NCBI RefSeq assembly: GCF_001194135.2
Contig: NC_068995.1
Location: forward strand, 44,789,544 to 44,853,543
Reading direction: 5' to 3'
Origin: Octopus bimaculoides
Lineage: Eukaryota
DNA length: 64,000 nucleotides
The translations under genes were made by a program, and so were the position numbers. The stretch's first letter is position 1, and each line of letters begins with the position of its first letter. Below are positions 13,020 to 27,086 of the stretch, in pieces. The notes below the pieces were generated by a model. The model made no database searches and was not told the origin of the DNA. It was given only the letters and a program-made list of their open reading frames with translations.

Positions 13020-13440
13020 GGCTAAAGTTTACAGTTAGGGCTGGGGTTAAGGCTTAGGGTCTGCCACAGGGTTAGAATTGTACTTAAAATTAACATTAGT
13101 GTTTGTGTTGTTTTAGGGTTGTATCTAGAGAGAGGTTTTGGGGTTAGTATTGTGTTTAGAGTGAGGTTAGAGTTGGAGTTGTGTTTAAAGTTAGGGTTAG
13201 TGTTTTTTAAGTGTTGGGTTTAGGGATGTCTCTAGAGTTGAGGGTTTATTGTTAGGGCTTTGTTTAGAAATGCTTTAAAGTTAGGGTTTGATTTAGGGTT
13301 GTTTAGAGTTGGAGGTCTAGAATTGTGTTTATAATGGGATTGGAGTTAGAGATGGGTTTAGAGCCTGGAGTTGTGTTCAAGGTTAGGGTTTTATGTTTGG
13401 CCTTAGATTTAGGGCTGGGCATGGTTAGAACACTTTAGTT
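13020..13440 (+). repeat. Degenerate TTAGGG-rich, G/T-skewed repeat
   Basis: About ten TTAGGG hexamers plus TTAGAG variants in ~420 nt. Confidence 0.7.
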
Positions 13441-14254
13441 GATAGGAACTTTCAAAACCTAATTTACCTTAAAAGTCAGCCAGGAAAGTAGTCGTGTTTT
13501 AGTAGTCAGGGTTGAAAAGTTATTCTGTTGAGATTTGTTTGTATTTTTGCAAAATCTGAAATAAACTGGATTGTCAAGGACTTGGTCTGTAAAATTTCTC
13601 TTTTGGCCCCTTTAAATCTGGGATACCTCAGTTGTGTCAGTTGTGTGTGTAGAATTTTTCTATAGTTGGTTGTCCTCCCTGTTGTCAAACCTTTGCCAGT
13701 TTCCAAATCTCTTTCAAGCAGAAAGAGCTCAGGGGCCAGACAAGTTTTGTGTGTAAGATTATAAAAGGAATGACATGGCTTCTATGACAGTGGACATTTA
13801 CTTACAATCAACACAATGTCAAGAGAAAAGGACGCATTCCTCCCCATATTTGTGTGTATGTATGATGGATTCCTTTCAGTTTCTATTTACCGATTTCAGT
13901 TACAAAGCCTTGGTTGGCCTGGGCCATGATAGAAAACACTTGTCTAATATTCTACGTAGTGGGACCAAATTCAAAGCCACAAACTTGCACTCCTACCTGC
14001 ATGTGCATTATATATGTACATGTGTATGTGTATTTGTGTGTGCTTGAGAATATCTGTGCATATTTTAAAAAAATCATTTGTTTGAAAGAACAAAAATCCC
14101 CCGTTTTTACTACATTGAGTTTCATTCATTTTCTTCTATTCCATTTTTTGGAAAAATTACCAACTATCGGTTTGCTTGGATTACATTATTCTGTGTGTGT
14201 ATGCGACACCATGCCGTATATACTATGTATGTATGCATGTATTTGTATGTATGT

Positions 14255-15007
14255 NNNNNNNNNNNNNNNNNNNNNNNNNNNNNNNNNNNNNNNNNNNNNN
14301 NNNNNNNNNNNNNNNNNNNNNNNNNNNNNNNNNNNNNNNNNNNNNNNNNNNNNNNNNNNNNNNNNNNNNNNNNNNNNNNNNNNNNNNNNNNNNNNNNNNN
14401 NNNNNNNNNNNNNNNNNNNNNNNNNNNNNNNNNNNNNNNNNNNNNNNNNNNNNNNNNNNNNNNNNNNNNNNNNNNNNNNNNNNNNNNNNNNNNNNNNNNN
14501 NNNNNNNNNNNNNNNNNNNNNNNNNNNNNNNNNNNNNNNNNNNNNNNNNNNNNNNNNNNNNNNNNNNNNNNNNNNNNNNNNNNNNNNNNNNNNNNNNNNN
14601 NNNNNNNNNNNNNNNNNNNNNNNNNNNNNNNNNNNNNNNNNNNNNNNNNNNNNNNNNNNNNNNNNNNNNNNNNNNNNNNNNNNNNNNNNNNNNNNNNNNN
14701 NNNNNNNNNNNNNNNNNNNNNNNNNNNNNNNNNNNNNNNNNNNNNNNNNNNNNNNNNNNNNNNNNNNNNNNNNNNNNNNNNNNNNNNNNNNNNNNNNNNN
14801 NNNNNNNNNNNNNNNNNNNNNNNNNNNNNNNNNNNNNNNNNNNNNNNNNNNNNNNNNNNNNNNNNNNNNNNNNNNNNNNNNNNNNNNNNNNNNNNNNNNN
14901 NNNNNNNNNNNNNNNNNNNNNNNNNNNNNNNNNNNNNNNNNNNNNNNNNNNNNNNNNNNNNNNNNNNNNNNNNNNNNNNNNNNNNNNNNNNNNNNNNNNN
15001 NNNNNNT
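14255..15007. other. Assembly gap (representative; others at ~8088, 12151, 15964, 17794, 19266, 54108, 55968)
   Basis: N runs, mostly bounded by microsatellites. Confidence 0.99.
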
Positions 15008-15858
15008 TAGAATTATAGAGATGGATAATATTTCTGTCTATTGTGGTAGATACAAAGCCTGAAATTTGGGAGCCAGGGACTAGTTGATTACATGGACCCC
15101 TAGTGTTCAACTGGTACTTATTAAAGGATGAAAGGCAAGGTTGATCGTAGCAGAATTTGAACTTAGTACATAAAGACAGAAGAAACACCATTAAGCATGA
15201 TTTCCATACTGGGATGTTTACTGGTATACCCATACATACCTGTTGCATTTGCTGGTGGAGATCTTTCTTTGTAAATGGCTGAAATCCTGTTCAGGTTATT
15301 GACAGGAAAACACTGTCTCAAATACATCTCTGTCCAGCCCATTCTAGCATGGAAAACCAGATGTTAATTGAATGTGTGTGTGTGTATTGTTAGCCTCTGT
15401 CTGTGACAATGTCATAGATTGATGTAGGTCAGTTTTGTTGACCCGCTTATATTACTGGTAATTTAGTTCATTTGTCAACACAATAACCCGGTTGCTCTTG
15501 GAATAGTAGAAAAACAGGTGAAGGTTGGGGGCAGGAAGAGCATCTAGCTGTAAAATCCCGCTTCAGATATATCTCTGTCCAACCCATGCAAGCATGGAAA
15601 AACTGATACTGAACGTGTGTGTGTGTGTATATACACATATACATACACACTTACACACATGTCTACATCCACATAATGCACCACATAAACGCACACACAC
15701 ATACACACACAAGTGGTGTTAAAAAGCTATTTCACTTTACACATTGTTCTCCCCACTCCCTGTATATACTCCTACACACACACACACACACCCATACATA
15801 TGTGCATACACTGTGCATTGTTTAAAGATGCATGTGTGTTTAAAAATGTGTGTGTATG

Positions 15859-15899
<41 letters not shown>

Positions 15900-17423
15900 C
15901 ACACACACATATACACAAACACATATATACATGTGTTTGTGTGGCTGTATGTATGTAGGTATANNNNNNNNNNNNNNNNNNNNNNNNNNNNNNNNNNNNN
16001 NNNNNNNNNNNNNNNNNNNNNNNNNNNNNNNNNNNNNNNNNNNNNNNNNNNNNNNNNNNNNNNNNNNNNNNNNNNNNNNNNNNNNNNNNNNNNNNNNNNN
16101 NNNNNNNNNNNNNNNNNNNNNNNNNNNNNNNNNNNNNNNNNNNNNNNNNNNNNNNNNNNNNNNNNNNNNNNNNNNNNNNNNNNNNNNNNNNNNNNNNNNN
16201 NNNNNNNNNNNNNNNNNNNNNNNNNNNNNNNNNNNNNNNNNNNNNNNNNNNNNNNNNNNNNNNNNNNNNNNNNNNNNNNNNNNNNNNNNNNNNNNNNNNN
16301 NNNNNNNNNNNNNNNNNNNNNNNNNNNNNNNNNNNNNNNNNNNNNNNNNNNNNNNNNNNNNNNNNNNNNNNNNNNNNNNNNNNNNNNNNNNNNNNNNNNN
16401 NNNNNNNNNNNNNNNNNNNNNNNNNNNNNNNNNNNNNNNNNNNNNNNNNNNNNNNNNNNNNNNNNNNNNNNNNNNNNNNNNNNNNNNNNNNNNNNNNNNN
16501 NNNNNNNNNNNNNNNNNNNNNNNNNNNNNNNNNNNNNNNNNNNNNNNNNNNNNNNNNNNNNNNNNNNNNNNNNNNNTTTCTTTTTCTACATTGTTACTAC
16601 ACAATCTCTAATCTCTCTATCTTCATCTCTCTCTCTCATTTTGTCTCAAAAGAAGGAATAATGTCACTTTGGAAAGGTTATTTACAGATTCTCCCCCCCC
16701 CCCTTTTTTATTCTTCATTCTACCATTATCTTCCCCCTTCTCCTTATCACTCTTTTATTCCTCCTCCCCCCTGTAATCCTCTCCTCTTTCTGCTGTCTCT
16801 CCTAAATGCTTCACTCAACATCATTTCTTTATCACTTTTCCCATAAAAAGATGTCTATGGTGACACCATAAAACAACAAGTTTACATCCTGGAGAGAGAG
16901 AGGGGAGGAGGAAAGGGCAGACAGAGAGTGGAGAAAGGGAGGAAAGAGAGAAAGATTTTCTAAGAAAATTCTGTCTCATTCTGAAGACAAACCTGTAAAC
17001 TGAGAGGATGGTGATGATGGGGGCACATGTTTTTGCGATACAGAAATCTGATGGTGTAGGTCAATTAAAAGAAGCCCCAGTGTACTACTGGTACTCAGGC
17101 TTATTGATTGTGGAGATCAATAGACCCAAGGATGCACTAAGTAAACAAACCTGTCTGTGTAACATCATCTTAGAATCACCATTAATGGACATTTCTCTTT
17201 TACTTGTTTCGATCATTTTCGATTGCAGTCATGCTGGGGCAACACCTTGAAGGGTTTAGTTGGGCAGTTCTCAGCTAGTGTTCATGTGACTTTTGGGGGG
17301 GCCCATATAAGGTTTTGTTAAAGTTTATGGGCAATAAATTGGCTTATACTTCTGCAATACACAATATAATGTTAAGCTTACTTTTGTTTTTTGTTTTTTT
17401 TACACAATTCTTAATATTTAATT

Positions 17424-17660
17424 AGGTGCAGGAGTGGCTGTGTGGTAAGTACCTTGCTTACCAACCACATGGTTCCGGGTTCATTCCCACTGCGTGGCAC
17501 CTTGGGCAAGTGTCTTTTACTATAGCCTCAGGCCGACCAAAGCCTTGTGAGTGGATTTGGTAGATGGCAACTGAAAGAAGCCCATCGTATATATGTATGT
17601 GTGTGTATATGTTTGTGTGTCTGTGTTTGTCCCCCCAGCATCGCTTGACAACCAATGGTG
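17424..17660 (+). mobile_element. SINE family B, 5' two-thirds
   Basis: Same head and GGATTTGGTAGA..AACTGAAAGAAGCC body as 28118. Confidence 0.8.
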
Positions 17661-18419
17661 AGGACTCTTGCGCCAGAAACAAAAACCCTAAATTCCTTAT
17701 ATTCCCTTTCTATCAATGTAAAGACAGAATCTCCACACAAGAAAGAATCAACAAGGAGAATCTTTTCATAGAGAAATTCCAACCATTTCTTAANNNNNNN
17801 NNNNNNNNNNNNNNNNNNNNNNNNNNNNNNNNNNNNNNNNNNNNNNNNNNNNNNNNNNNNNNNNNNNNNNNNNNNNNNNNNNNNNNNNNNNNNNNNNNNN
17901 NNNNNNNNNNNNNNNNNNNNNNNNNNNNNNNNNNNNNNNNNNNNNNNNNNNNNNNNNNNNNNNNNNNNNNNNNNNNNNNNNNNNNNNNNNNNNNNNNNNN
18001 NNNNNNNNNNNNNNNNNNNNNNNNNNNNNNNNNNNNNNNNNNNNNNNNNNNNNNNNNNNNNNNNNNNNNNNNNNNNNNNNNNNNNNNNNNNNNNNNNNNN
18101 NNNNNNNNNNNNNNNNNNNNNNNNNNNNNNNNNNNNNNNNNNNNNNNNNNNNNNNNNNNNNNNNNNNNNNNNNNNNNNNNNNNNNNNNNNNNNNNNNNNN
18201 NNNNNNNNNNNNNNNNNNNNNNNNNNNNNNNNNNNNNNNNNNNNNNNNNNNNNNNNNNNNNNNNNNNNNNNNNNNNNNNNNNNNNNNNNNNNNNNNNNNN
18301 NNNNNNNNNNNNNNNNNNNNNNNNNNNNNNNNNNNNNNNNNNNNNNNNNNNNNNNNNNNNNNNNNNNNNNNNNNNNNNNNNNNNNNNNNNNNNNNNNNNN
18401 NNNNNNNNNNNNNNNNNNN

Positions 18420-18452
<33 letters not shown>

Positions 18453-19995
18453 GAATTTAGATAGATATAAAAGTGGGGTTTAAAATTTACTACAACTGTT
18501 TTGGTAGCATTTTATTGATGCATTCATAGATTACAACTTTAGCGTAAATCTACTGTCCTCAGGTAAAATTTGAAACACATAAATAAGCAAGGTAAATCTA
18601 GCAGATTACTTATTCAGTAACTAACATGACGAATAGCCAGCTAGATAGATATCCATGTTCTTATAATCTCCACCAGTATTTTATATTGATCTGCCTTCTT
18701 GCATTATATCCATGTCTATCATCTTACATTTATCATTGTTATATATTTTGTCTACCTTCGTTTAATCCCCATTAAGATTATCAATTGGGTCTCTCTACAC
18801 TGAGGAATATTATCCGTCTTGTTTCTTACAGTCTCCACCACCACTACCATCATTGTGTTTATATCTTATTCCTCCCATCCTCATCTCTGTAACAGTAACA
18901 GAACCACTCGTAAATTCCAAATATATTATCTTTCTGTTTATTTTCCCCCAACAATCTCCTTGTTTGTTTCACCTGATGACCAGTCTTAAATAACTTTAGA
19001 TCACCACAAATATTTCATCTTGTTGCTTCAGAAAGAAAGATTGAAAGAAAGAAAAAAAAAAAAAAGAATGAGGAAGAGTTTGTATGTGAGGGAGGGAGAT
19101 GGAGGATTGACTGAGAGAAAAAGAGCTTGTGTGTGTTGGAGAGGGAGAAACAAAAATGGTGTGTGTGAGGAGGAAAGGGAGAGAGAGAGTACAGAGGGGG
19201 GGATAAGAGAATGAGTTGAGAGAAGCTCTCACTTTCACTGGAACAGTCACCTAACCTTCCCCTCCNNNNNNNNNNNNNNNNNNNNNNNNNNNNNNNNNNN
19301 NNNNNNNNNNNNNNNNNNNNNNNNNNNNNNNNNNNNNNNNNNNNNNNNNNNNNNNNNNNNNNNNNNNNNNNNNNNNNNNNNNNNNNNNNNNNNNNNNNNN
19401 NNNNNNNNNNNNNNNNNNNNNNNNNNNNNNNNNNNNNNNNNNNNNNNNNNNNNNNNNNNNNNNNNNNNNNNNNNNNNNNNNNNNNNNNNNNNNNNNNNNN
19501 NNNNNNNNNNNNNNNNNNNNNNNNNNNNNNNNNNNNNNNNNNNNNNNNNNNNNNNNNNNNNNNNNNNNNNNNNNNNNNNNNNNNNNNNNNNNNNNNNNNN
19601 NNNNNNNNNNNNNNNNNNNNNNNNNNNNNNNNNNNNNNNNNNNNNNNNNNNNNNNNNNNNNNNNNNNNNNNNNNNNNNNNNNNNNNNNNNNNNNNNNNNN
19701 NNNNNNNNNNNNNNNNNNNNNNNNNNNNNNNNNNNNNNNNNNNNNNNNNNNNNNNNNNNNNNNNNNNNNNNNNNNNNNNNNNNNNNNNNNNNNNNNNNNN
19801 NNNNNNNNNNNNNNNNNNNNNNNNNNNNNNNNNNNNNNNNNNNNNNNNNNNNNNNNNNNNNNACACACACACACACCAAATATGACTCACATACCAGATG
19901 TAACTTAAATATACATCAGATGTGATTAACACACTGGATATGACTCATGTAGACACATATATCAGATGTGACTTGCATACACATGAAGCTGGTGT

Positions 19996-20036
<41 letters not shown>

Positions 20037-20959
20037 CTGCTATAAATCTTTCACTTACACTAGCTGTGACTCTCTTACATTTAGCTACTGTGACTCTCAC
20101 ATTCCTTCAATGTGACTCTCAACACTTTCCTCGCTGTGACTTGAAATGACAGGCTAAACGTTTTCACTCACCTCTGCTTGAGATTATTGGTTTCTTACAG
20201 AAGTGAGGGAAGAAAGAGCGAGATTGTGAGGTCTCATGCCTTTCTCTCAAGAGCTTTATTGACAAGAATAAAAGTGAAATTGTTTCATCTAGGAAGTGAA
20301 ACAAAGCTGTGAACTTGGTTCACCAGACTCAGCTGTGGATGGATGCACAGCTGATAGTGAGACATGGTCTAGATACTATAGAATAGGTTATGAACTTGAT
20401 GTACTAAAGTTGATTAGACCATCAAAGGTATGAGTTCAATCCCACTCTCTAACCACAAGTCAGCACTGAGCCAGCAAGCCTGTGACTAGATGCTGCAACA
20501 ATGACCATCCCATCTATTTTCCAGGCACAGTGTATCTAATACGTACTACATTACATAATTTTCCGTTCCTGTTTTAAGACACTTGGGTATGGTTTGAGGA
20601 ACATTTGGCTGTTATTTCTAGCAGGGCAAATGTCTGCATAGAGCAGGGAAAGACTAACTTTTTTTCTGAGACCCACTTTTAATTTTTTAATATTTGCCCA
20701 ATGGCTCACATGCAGATTACAATGAAACCAAACCCACTGAATAATACCTTAGGCAAGTGTTTTTTTTTTATCTTCTGGCATATCAAAGCCTTTTGAGTAC
20801 ATCTAGTAGATGGAAGCCGAAAGAAGCTTGTCAAGTATGTGTGTGTGTGTGTGTACACAACACCTTGGGGCAAGCCATGAGGCTCACTGAAAGACATCTG
20901 CTCTTATCCTAACAAGCAGTGTTCTTTGCCTGACCTGCAACTTTATCTGTGCATCTGAC

Positions 20960-21106
20960 TTTGGCGCAGGAAGTTACAGAGATTTCAAAGATGTGATTGT
21001 TTATTTTTAGAATGACATTGTAGGATAGGTGTGCGATGCTGGGTTTGGCCAGTTTGAAGTAGAATATTTGGGCCAGATATGGCCAGTTTAAATGCTAAAG
21101 GATTAA
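20960..21106 (+). mobile_element. piggyBac-type MITE, right half (family E)
   Basis: GATGTGATTGTTTATTTTTAGAATGACATTGTAGG ... AAATGCTAAAGGATTAA. Confidence 0.65.
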
Positions 21107-21631
21107 CTGTAAAAGGGTTAAATTTGAAAACTTTTTAGAAAATATCCCTCACTCACAGAGAACCCCTTGTTGGCACCAAACCCCAAGAATAGAAGTTGCT
21201 TCATTGGTCCATTTAAATCTTACACAGTATTACAGTTGATTTAGTTATTTTTTCAATAAGCCAGATAGCAGTAATACACTAATGGGGGAAGGCTCATTCA
21301 GTTCTCATTGTTTTCTTCATAGTTGTTGTCTTAATCCAAATAATTCTTAATTAAATATAGTGTATTTACGAGATGAGACAGATGTGTGTATTCTTGCGTG
21401 TGTGCGGATGTGTGTGTGTGTTCTAGTAAGCGTGTGTGTCTATCTGTTTGGTAAATGAAATAAAATACGCAGTATTTTCATAAGAAAGAGATATTTTCAA
21501 ATATATCTCATTAAAACAAAGACCTAATTAAGAATCTATATATAATTACCAATGGACTTCATATTAGATGTTTCAATCAAAGAAATTCTGTTGAAGAAAG
21601 GAAAAAGCTTTTAAAGTTTGTCTGGAGGGGA

Positions 21632-21700
<69 letters not shown>

Positions 21701-21850
21701 GAGTTCCTACTTCCCACTCTCCTCCCACCCAGCTCCATCATTAGTAACATAACAAACAACCAGTTAATTAACAGCTATCCAAACATAGCTATGATATACT
21801 GTTAGGCTTTTTTTTGTTGTTTCTATATTAAAGACGCACACATATAACCT

Positions 21851-21884
<34 letters not shown>

Positions 21885-21969
21885 ATTTACATAACAACAT
21901 ATATCTACATACTACAAATTCTTCACTTATTTACACACATATATACACTCTCCACACTCTCTCTATATA

Positions 21970-22011
<42 letters not shown>

Positions 22012-22207
22012 CACATACACACACACATATATATACATACTCTTACACACACACACTCACTCTCTCTCTCCCTCTCTTGCGCGTGCGCACATACACACTC
22101 TCACACACACTATCTTTCACTTTAAATCTTTAATGGAATAGATGTTAGTACCAACCACACCCTCCTCTTTTCTCATACATATTGTTTACAGACTAATCAT
22201 AGCAGGG

Positions 22208-22239
<32 letters not shown>

Positions 22240-23199
22240 GGTGATGATGGTGGTGGTGGTGGTGGTGGTGATAATAATTATAGTAGCAGTTGCGGTGATA
22301 TTAGTGATGGCGGTGGTGGTAATAGTTGTCACAATGGTAGTGATGATACTTACAGTAGTTTGTGGTGGTGGTGGTGGTGTTAATGGCTAATTCATGATGT
22401 TGGATAACTGATCAACATGAAAGTGTCTATATGTATGCACATCTGCCCGTCGTGTGTGTGTGTGTCTTTGCATGACTACGTCTCTGGGTATATATGTCTG
22501 TCTGTATGCCTGTCTGTCTTTCTGAGAATAATATGAAATAGTTTCAGTATACAGAGACAACAGCTAAATATATATTCTTCTCCATAAAAAAAGTACTAGC
22601 TGTGGTAGTAGTAGTAGTAGTAGATGACTAGTAATATTGTATAAAGACTGACTGTAGTAGGTGCTTAACTACTAGTATATAACTAAAATTTACTGTAAAG
22701 TACTTAGTAGTACTTTGCAGTTAATAGTACTTTATGAAATCCGACTGTCGTAGTGATAGTAGCACTTGACTGGTAATGTTATCAAAACAGCTTCATCAAA
22801 GTTTCTAGATTGGAGCCTGGTGCAGCCTACTGAGATGCACCTCACAATGTCACACCAGGAATCCCAGCCATTAGCTTTGGTAGATCCTCAGTATCATATT
22901 CTCTGTCTCTGTCAATAATTGAGTAGTCAGGTGGTCTTTGTCCTGTTTTAGGATGCAAAAGTCTCCGGAAATATAACATCTGACATGGCTTGGTGTTTAA
23001 GCACAGTAGCAATGGCTAACAAAGCCTCCTACCTCTTTGCATTGAGCAATAATGGTAAAGATGGGTAGACTATGTCCATAAATCTTCTCTTTGGTCTTGT
23101 AATCGTGCTGTAAGATATTCAGGGCCCTCATGTGGAGTTTGGGGTAATGGTACTTAATACTGCTATATTGAATACTTCTGTGTTGCCATTCCTCTACAC

Positions 23200-23454
23200 C
23201 AGTGTTTCTCAACCTTTTTACTCTTGCATAACCCTTAAAATAAATTACATATCTCAAAGAATCCCTGCACAAAAAAAAAAAAAATTATATACCATATCTT
23301 TCTCATATTTTTTTCATCATAGTTCATGTGGTAAATATCATATATATTACAATCATGAAATTAGCATTAGCTTATCTCATTCTTTCTCGTGGGACTCCTA
23401 GGAACCTTTTGCAGAACCCTAGAGTTCCGGGGGAACCCCTGTTGAGAAACACTG
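23200..23454. mobile_element. hAT (Charlie-like) MITE
   Basis: 14-bp TIRs CAGTGTTTCTCAAC / GTTGAGAAACACTG and perfect 8-bp TSD CTCTACAC (23192-9, 23455-62). Confidence 0.9.
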
Positions 23455-23836
23455 CTCTACACCCTAATCTGCTGCATTCCCTTCTTTCCCCCTTCCCCTC
23501 ACACTTCCAAATTTGCTCCTTATAACGTTGAATAGCCCTTAAACTTTTTGCCCCTCTCTTATGTAACTCACCCTATGGAAGACAGATGCATGATGATGAT
23601 GGTGATTCTTAGGTTCAACGTACTCTGAAGAGACTATCTATGCAAAAGCAGAACTAATGTCATTGAAGTTCAATATTTTCTAATTAAGCTGCTCTAATAC
23701 ATATTGATTAGTTTTCATTAAAGGTATTCTGTTATGAAACAGGTGAAAACTTGAAATATTTTCCAGTAAAACTTTATCTTCCATATCACATCTTACTGTT
23801 GTAGTAGTATATTAGTGTAATGTGGGTGTTAGTGGT

Positions 23837-24172
23837 GAAGGTGCATGGCTCAGTGGTTAGAGCATTGGGGTCACAGTCATGAGGTAGTGATTTCGATTCC
23901 CAGACTGGGCTGTGTTCTGTGTTCTTGAGCAAGACACTTTATTTCCTGTTGCTTCAGTTCACTCAGCTGTAGAAATGAGTTGCGATGTCGCTGGTGCCAA
24001 GCTGTATCGGCCTCTGCCTTTCCCTTGGATAACATCAGTGGCATGGAGAGGGGAGGCTGGTATGCATGGTCAACTGCTGGTCTTGCATAAACAACCTTGC
24101 CTGGACTTGTGCCTTGGAAGGGAACTTTCTAGGTGCAGTCCCATGGTCATTTATGCCCGAAGAGGGTTGTCT
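23837..24172 (+). mobile_element. tRNA-derived SINE family A2
   Basis: TGGCTCAGTGG ... TTCGATTCCC head, then CTTGAGCAAGACACTTTATTTC core and CTTTCTAGGTGCA..CCATGG 3' region. Confidence 0.8.
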
Positions 24173-24537
24173 ACTTCTTAGTCAAACATGACCATCGCTG
24201 TCAGGTGTGTCAGTAATTCCCATGCAAGAGTTTTAAGTCAAGTGTGACTTTCACAACACCACAATGATTCTCACTAACAATACCACTGGACCCAGAGACA
24301 AGCAAGGTGCAAGATATCCAGCTCAGTGGAGCAGCAGGTTTTAAATACAAGTTAGGCCTTCTCCTAGAACAATGCCTTAACAAAGACCAGAGGTTCCTCA
24401 TGCCAAGTGGGCTTACTATAATCTCAGACATCAACCCAAGTATTTCTATGTTACAGGTAGTGATGTATTTAAGGAAGAACATATAATGCTCTATGTTGTA
24501 TATAGTATACATACATACATACATACATACACATACG

Positions 24538-24918
24538 TGGCACTCTGTTGGTTACAACGATGAAGGTTCCGGTTGATTCGATCAATGGAACATCCTGCTC
24601 GTGAAATTAACGTGCAAGTGGCTGAGCACTCCGCAGACTCTTGTTCCCTTAACGTAGTTCTCGGGGAGATTCACTGTGACACAGAGTGTGACAAGGCAGG
24701 CCCTTTGAAATACAGGCACAACAGAGACAGGAAGAAAGAGTGAGAGAAAGTTGTGGTGAAAGAGTACAGCAGGGTTCGCCACCATCCCCTGCCGGAGCCT
24801 CTTGGAGCTTTAGGTGTTTTCGCTCAATAAACGCTCACAACGCCCGGTCTGGGAATCGAAACCGCGATCCTATGACCGCGAGTCCGATACCCTAAACACT
24901 GGGCCATTGTGCCTCCAC
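24538..24918 (-). mobile_element. Full-length SINE family A1, inverted copy
   Basis: Reverse-complement match along the whole length to 62422-62808; tail runs into (ATGT)n. Confidence 0.9.
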
Positions 24919-25154
24919 ACATTCACATGATAGAGCTGTATGCTATAGCTCTTATAGTATACACTTCAGATTATATAGTGATATTTTGATTATATATTAC
25001 AGAATATATAATAGTATATTATGTTAGCCACAATATATACATGTGTATATATCTTGTATATAATTTAGGTTTTATTTAACCTCTGGTCTGTGCTGGTCCA
25101 AGATGGTTCAATCATTCCAGCCATAACCATTCCTTCTTTTATTCAGACAGTGTA

Positions 25155-25500
25155 TCATCATCGTCGTTTAACGTCCGCTTTCCATGCTAGCATGGGTTGG
25201 ACGATTTTACTGAGGACTGGTGAAACCGGATGGTTACACCAGGCTCCAATCTGATTTGGCAGAGTTTCTACAGCTGGATGCCCTTCCTGACGCCAACCAC
25301 TCAGAGAGTGTAGAGGGTGCTTTNNNNNNNNNNCAGCTGGATGCCCTTCCTGACGCCAACCACTCAGAGAGTGTAGAGGGTGCTTTTACGTGCCACCGGC
25401 ACGAAGGCCAGTCAGGCGGTACTGGCAACGGCCACGCTCAAAGAGCCAGTCCAGGGGCACTGGCAACGATCTCGCTCGAAAGTCCTTACACATGCCGCGG
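25155..25500 (-). mobile_element. SINE family D with (GAT)n tail
   Basis: CATCATCGTCGTTTAACGTCCGCTTTCCATGCTAGCATGGGTTGGACG. Other copies: 7790-7960(+), 15250-15615(+), 31590-31885(+), 36745-36845(-), 37760-38005(+), 39285-39480(-), 41370-41590(+), 45690-45935(+), 47745-48150(+), 50280-50650, 51000-51185(-). Confidence 0.85.
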
Positions 25501-25846
25501 GCACATCTAAGCATATATTATTTAACATGTTTTCCTTTTCTCCTTTTTGATAATTAAATATATATGTAATGTGCATATGGTGGCTTGAATAAGTGAACAG
25601 GTGTATGTGTGTGTGTAGTTATGTATTGAATTAGTATTTTATTATTTCGTTGGAAAATGAAACTGTCGTGTAACTTGTACTTCTCTACAGGTAATGCTGA
25701 CATATTTGCTGCTGCTGCTACCGCTATTGCTGCTACTGTTGTTGTTGTGTCTATATATACACACGTGTGTGTATATAGCTGCACACTTGCATCAGTTATT
25801 GGCTTCCTGCCAAACTGCATTTTCAGGCTGTGTGCTGATGCAGCTA

Positions 25847-25910
<64 letters not shown>

Positions 25911-26325
25911 CTGCACATTTGCTCTGGTGTGCACCCAAAGTTTGCACGCCTCTGCCACCTCCTCCGTATGTCAATGACCTGAATGTAGTTTTGGTGGGAA
26001 GGGGAGGTGGGCGTCGACTCTACTGAACTGTCTAGAACATCAAGGACACACGCTCGGTTCTTCATTCATATCATTGTCGTTCCCTCACCTGCTCTCTCCA
26101 CCCCCCAGCTCTCCCTCCTCTTTAGTTAATTAAATTAACGATAATGTTACATTCTTGTTAAACTGCACACTTTGTGGGCACCATTAAAGACTGTGACAGC
26201 CCCTCCTCCTCTACATCATCATCACCATCTTCATGATCTGATTTTCTATGCAGGCATGAGTTGCATATGCAAGCACATGAACACACACACACACGCTAAC
26301 ACACACACATGCTAACACACACACA

Positions 26326-26530
26326 CAATGGGATGCTGAAAAGTTCCTGGCTCTAAAGGTATCACGAAAGACCTAGTTGGGGCCTTCCGAGTTCTTTTAC
26401 AGGGCTTAGAAAGACCGTGGACTGCTGAATTGTCTGAATCTGAAAGAGGAATATGTTGAATAAAATCATAATTAACTGATCCTCCGTATTTTCTTTCACC
26501 CAAAGCCAGGAACTTTTCAGCAGCCCCTTG
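26326..26530. mobile_element. Mariner-type MITE
   Basis: 27-bp TIRs CAA(T/G)GGG(A/C)TGCTGAAAAGTTCCTGGCT with 2 mismatches. TA on the right flank, CA on the left. Confidence 0.8.
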
Positions 26531-27020
26531 TATTTATGTATCATCATCATTGTCATCATCATTTTTACTTTGTGTGCGTTCCATGCTGGCATGAGTTGCA
26601 CTGCTCATCACAATCTCTTTTCTTATAGGGAGCTGCTGTTCCTTAAGACTGGTGTTCCTACATGTCACTTAGCCTGGCCTCTGTGGCCGGATACTCTTCC
26701 TGTCAACAACCTTCCATATCTTGATAATTCTTACTTCTACACTTTTCTAATTAGCCATTGTGTTACTCTCTCTCACTTACACTTAAAAGCAGAATTGGTA
26801 GAGCATCAGACAGAACGTTTTGTGGTAATTTCTTCTGGCTCTTTATGTTCTGAGTTCAAAACCTGTTGAAGTGCACTTGGCCTTTTATTCCTCTGGGGTT
26901 GAGAAAAAAATAAAGTACCAGTGAAGAACTAAGGTCACTGGTGTTGATTGACTTCCTCCCCTCAAAACTGCTGGCATATTCATAAATTAGAAACCACTCT
27001 CTCTCTCCCTCTCCCTCCCT

Positions 27021-27065
<45 letters not shown>

Positions 27066-27086
27066 GGTCTTGTACTTGATGTGTCT

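Noticed and set aside
11829-19932. Long ORFs in the track (e.g. 13914-15062, 17564-18451, 19015-19932)
   Set aside because: They are runs of X across N gaps or translations of CA/TA microsatellites.
25263-25390. Apparent 55-bp tandem duplication inside SINE-D
   Set aside because: The identical copies flank a 10-N gap, so this is an unmerged contig overlap. The same applies at 42167-42263.
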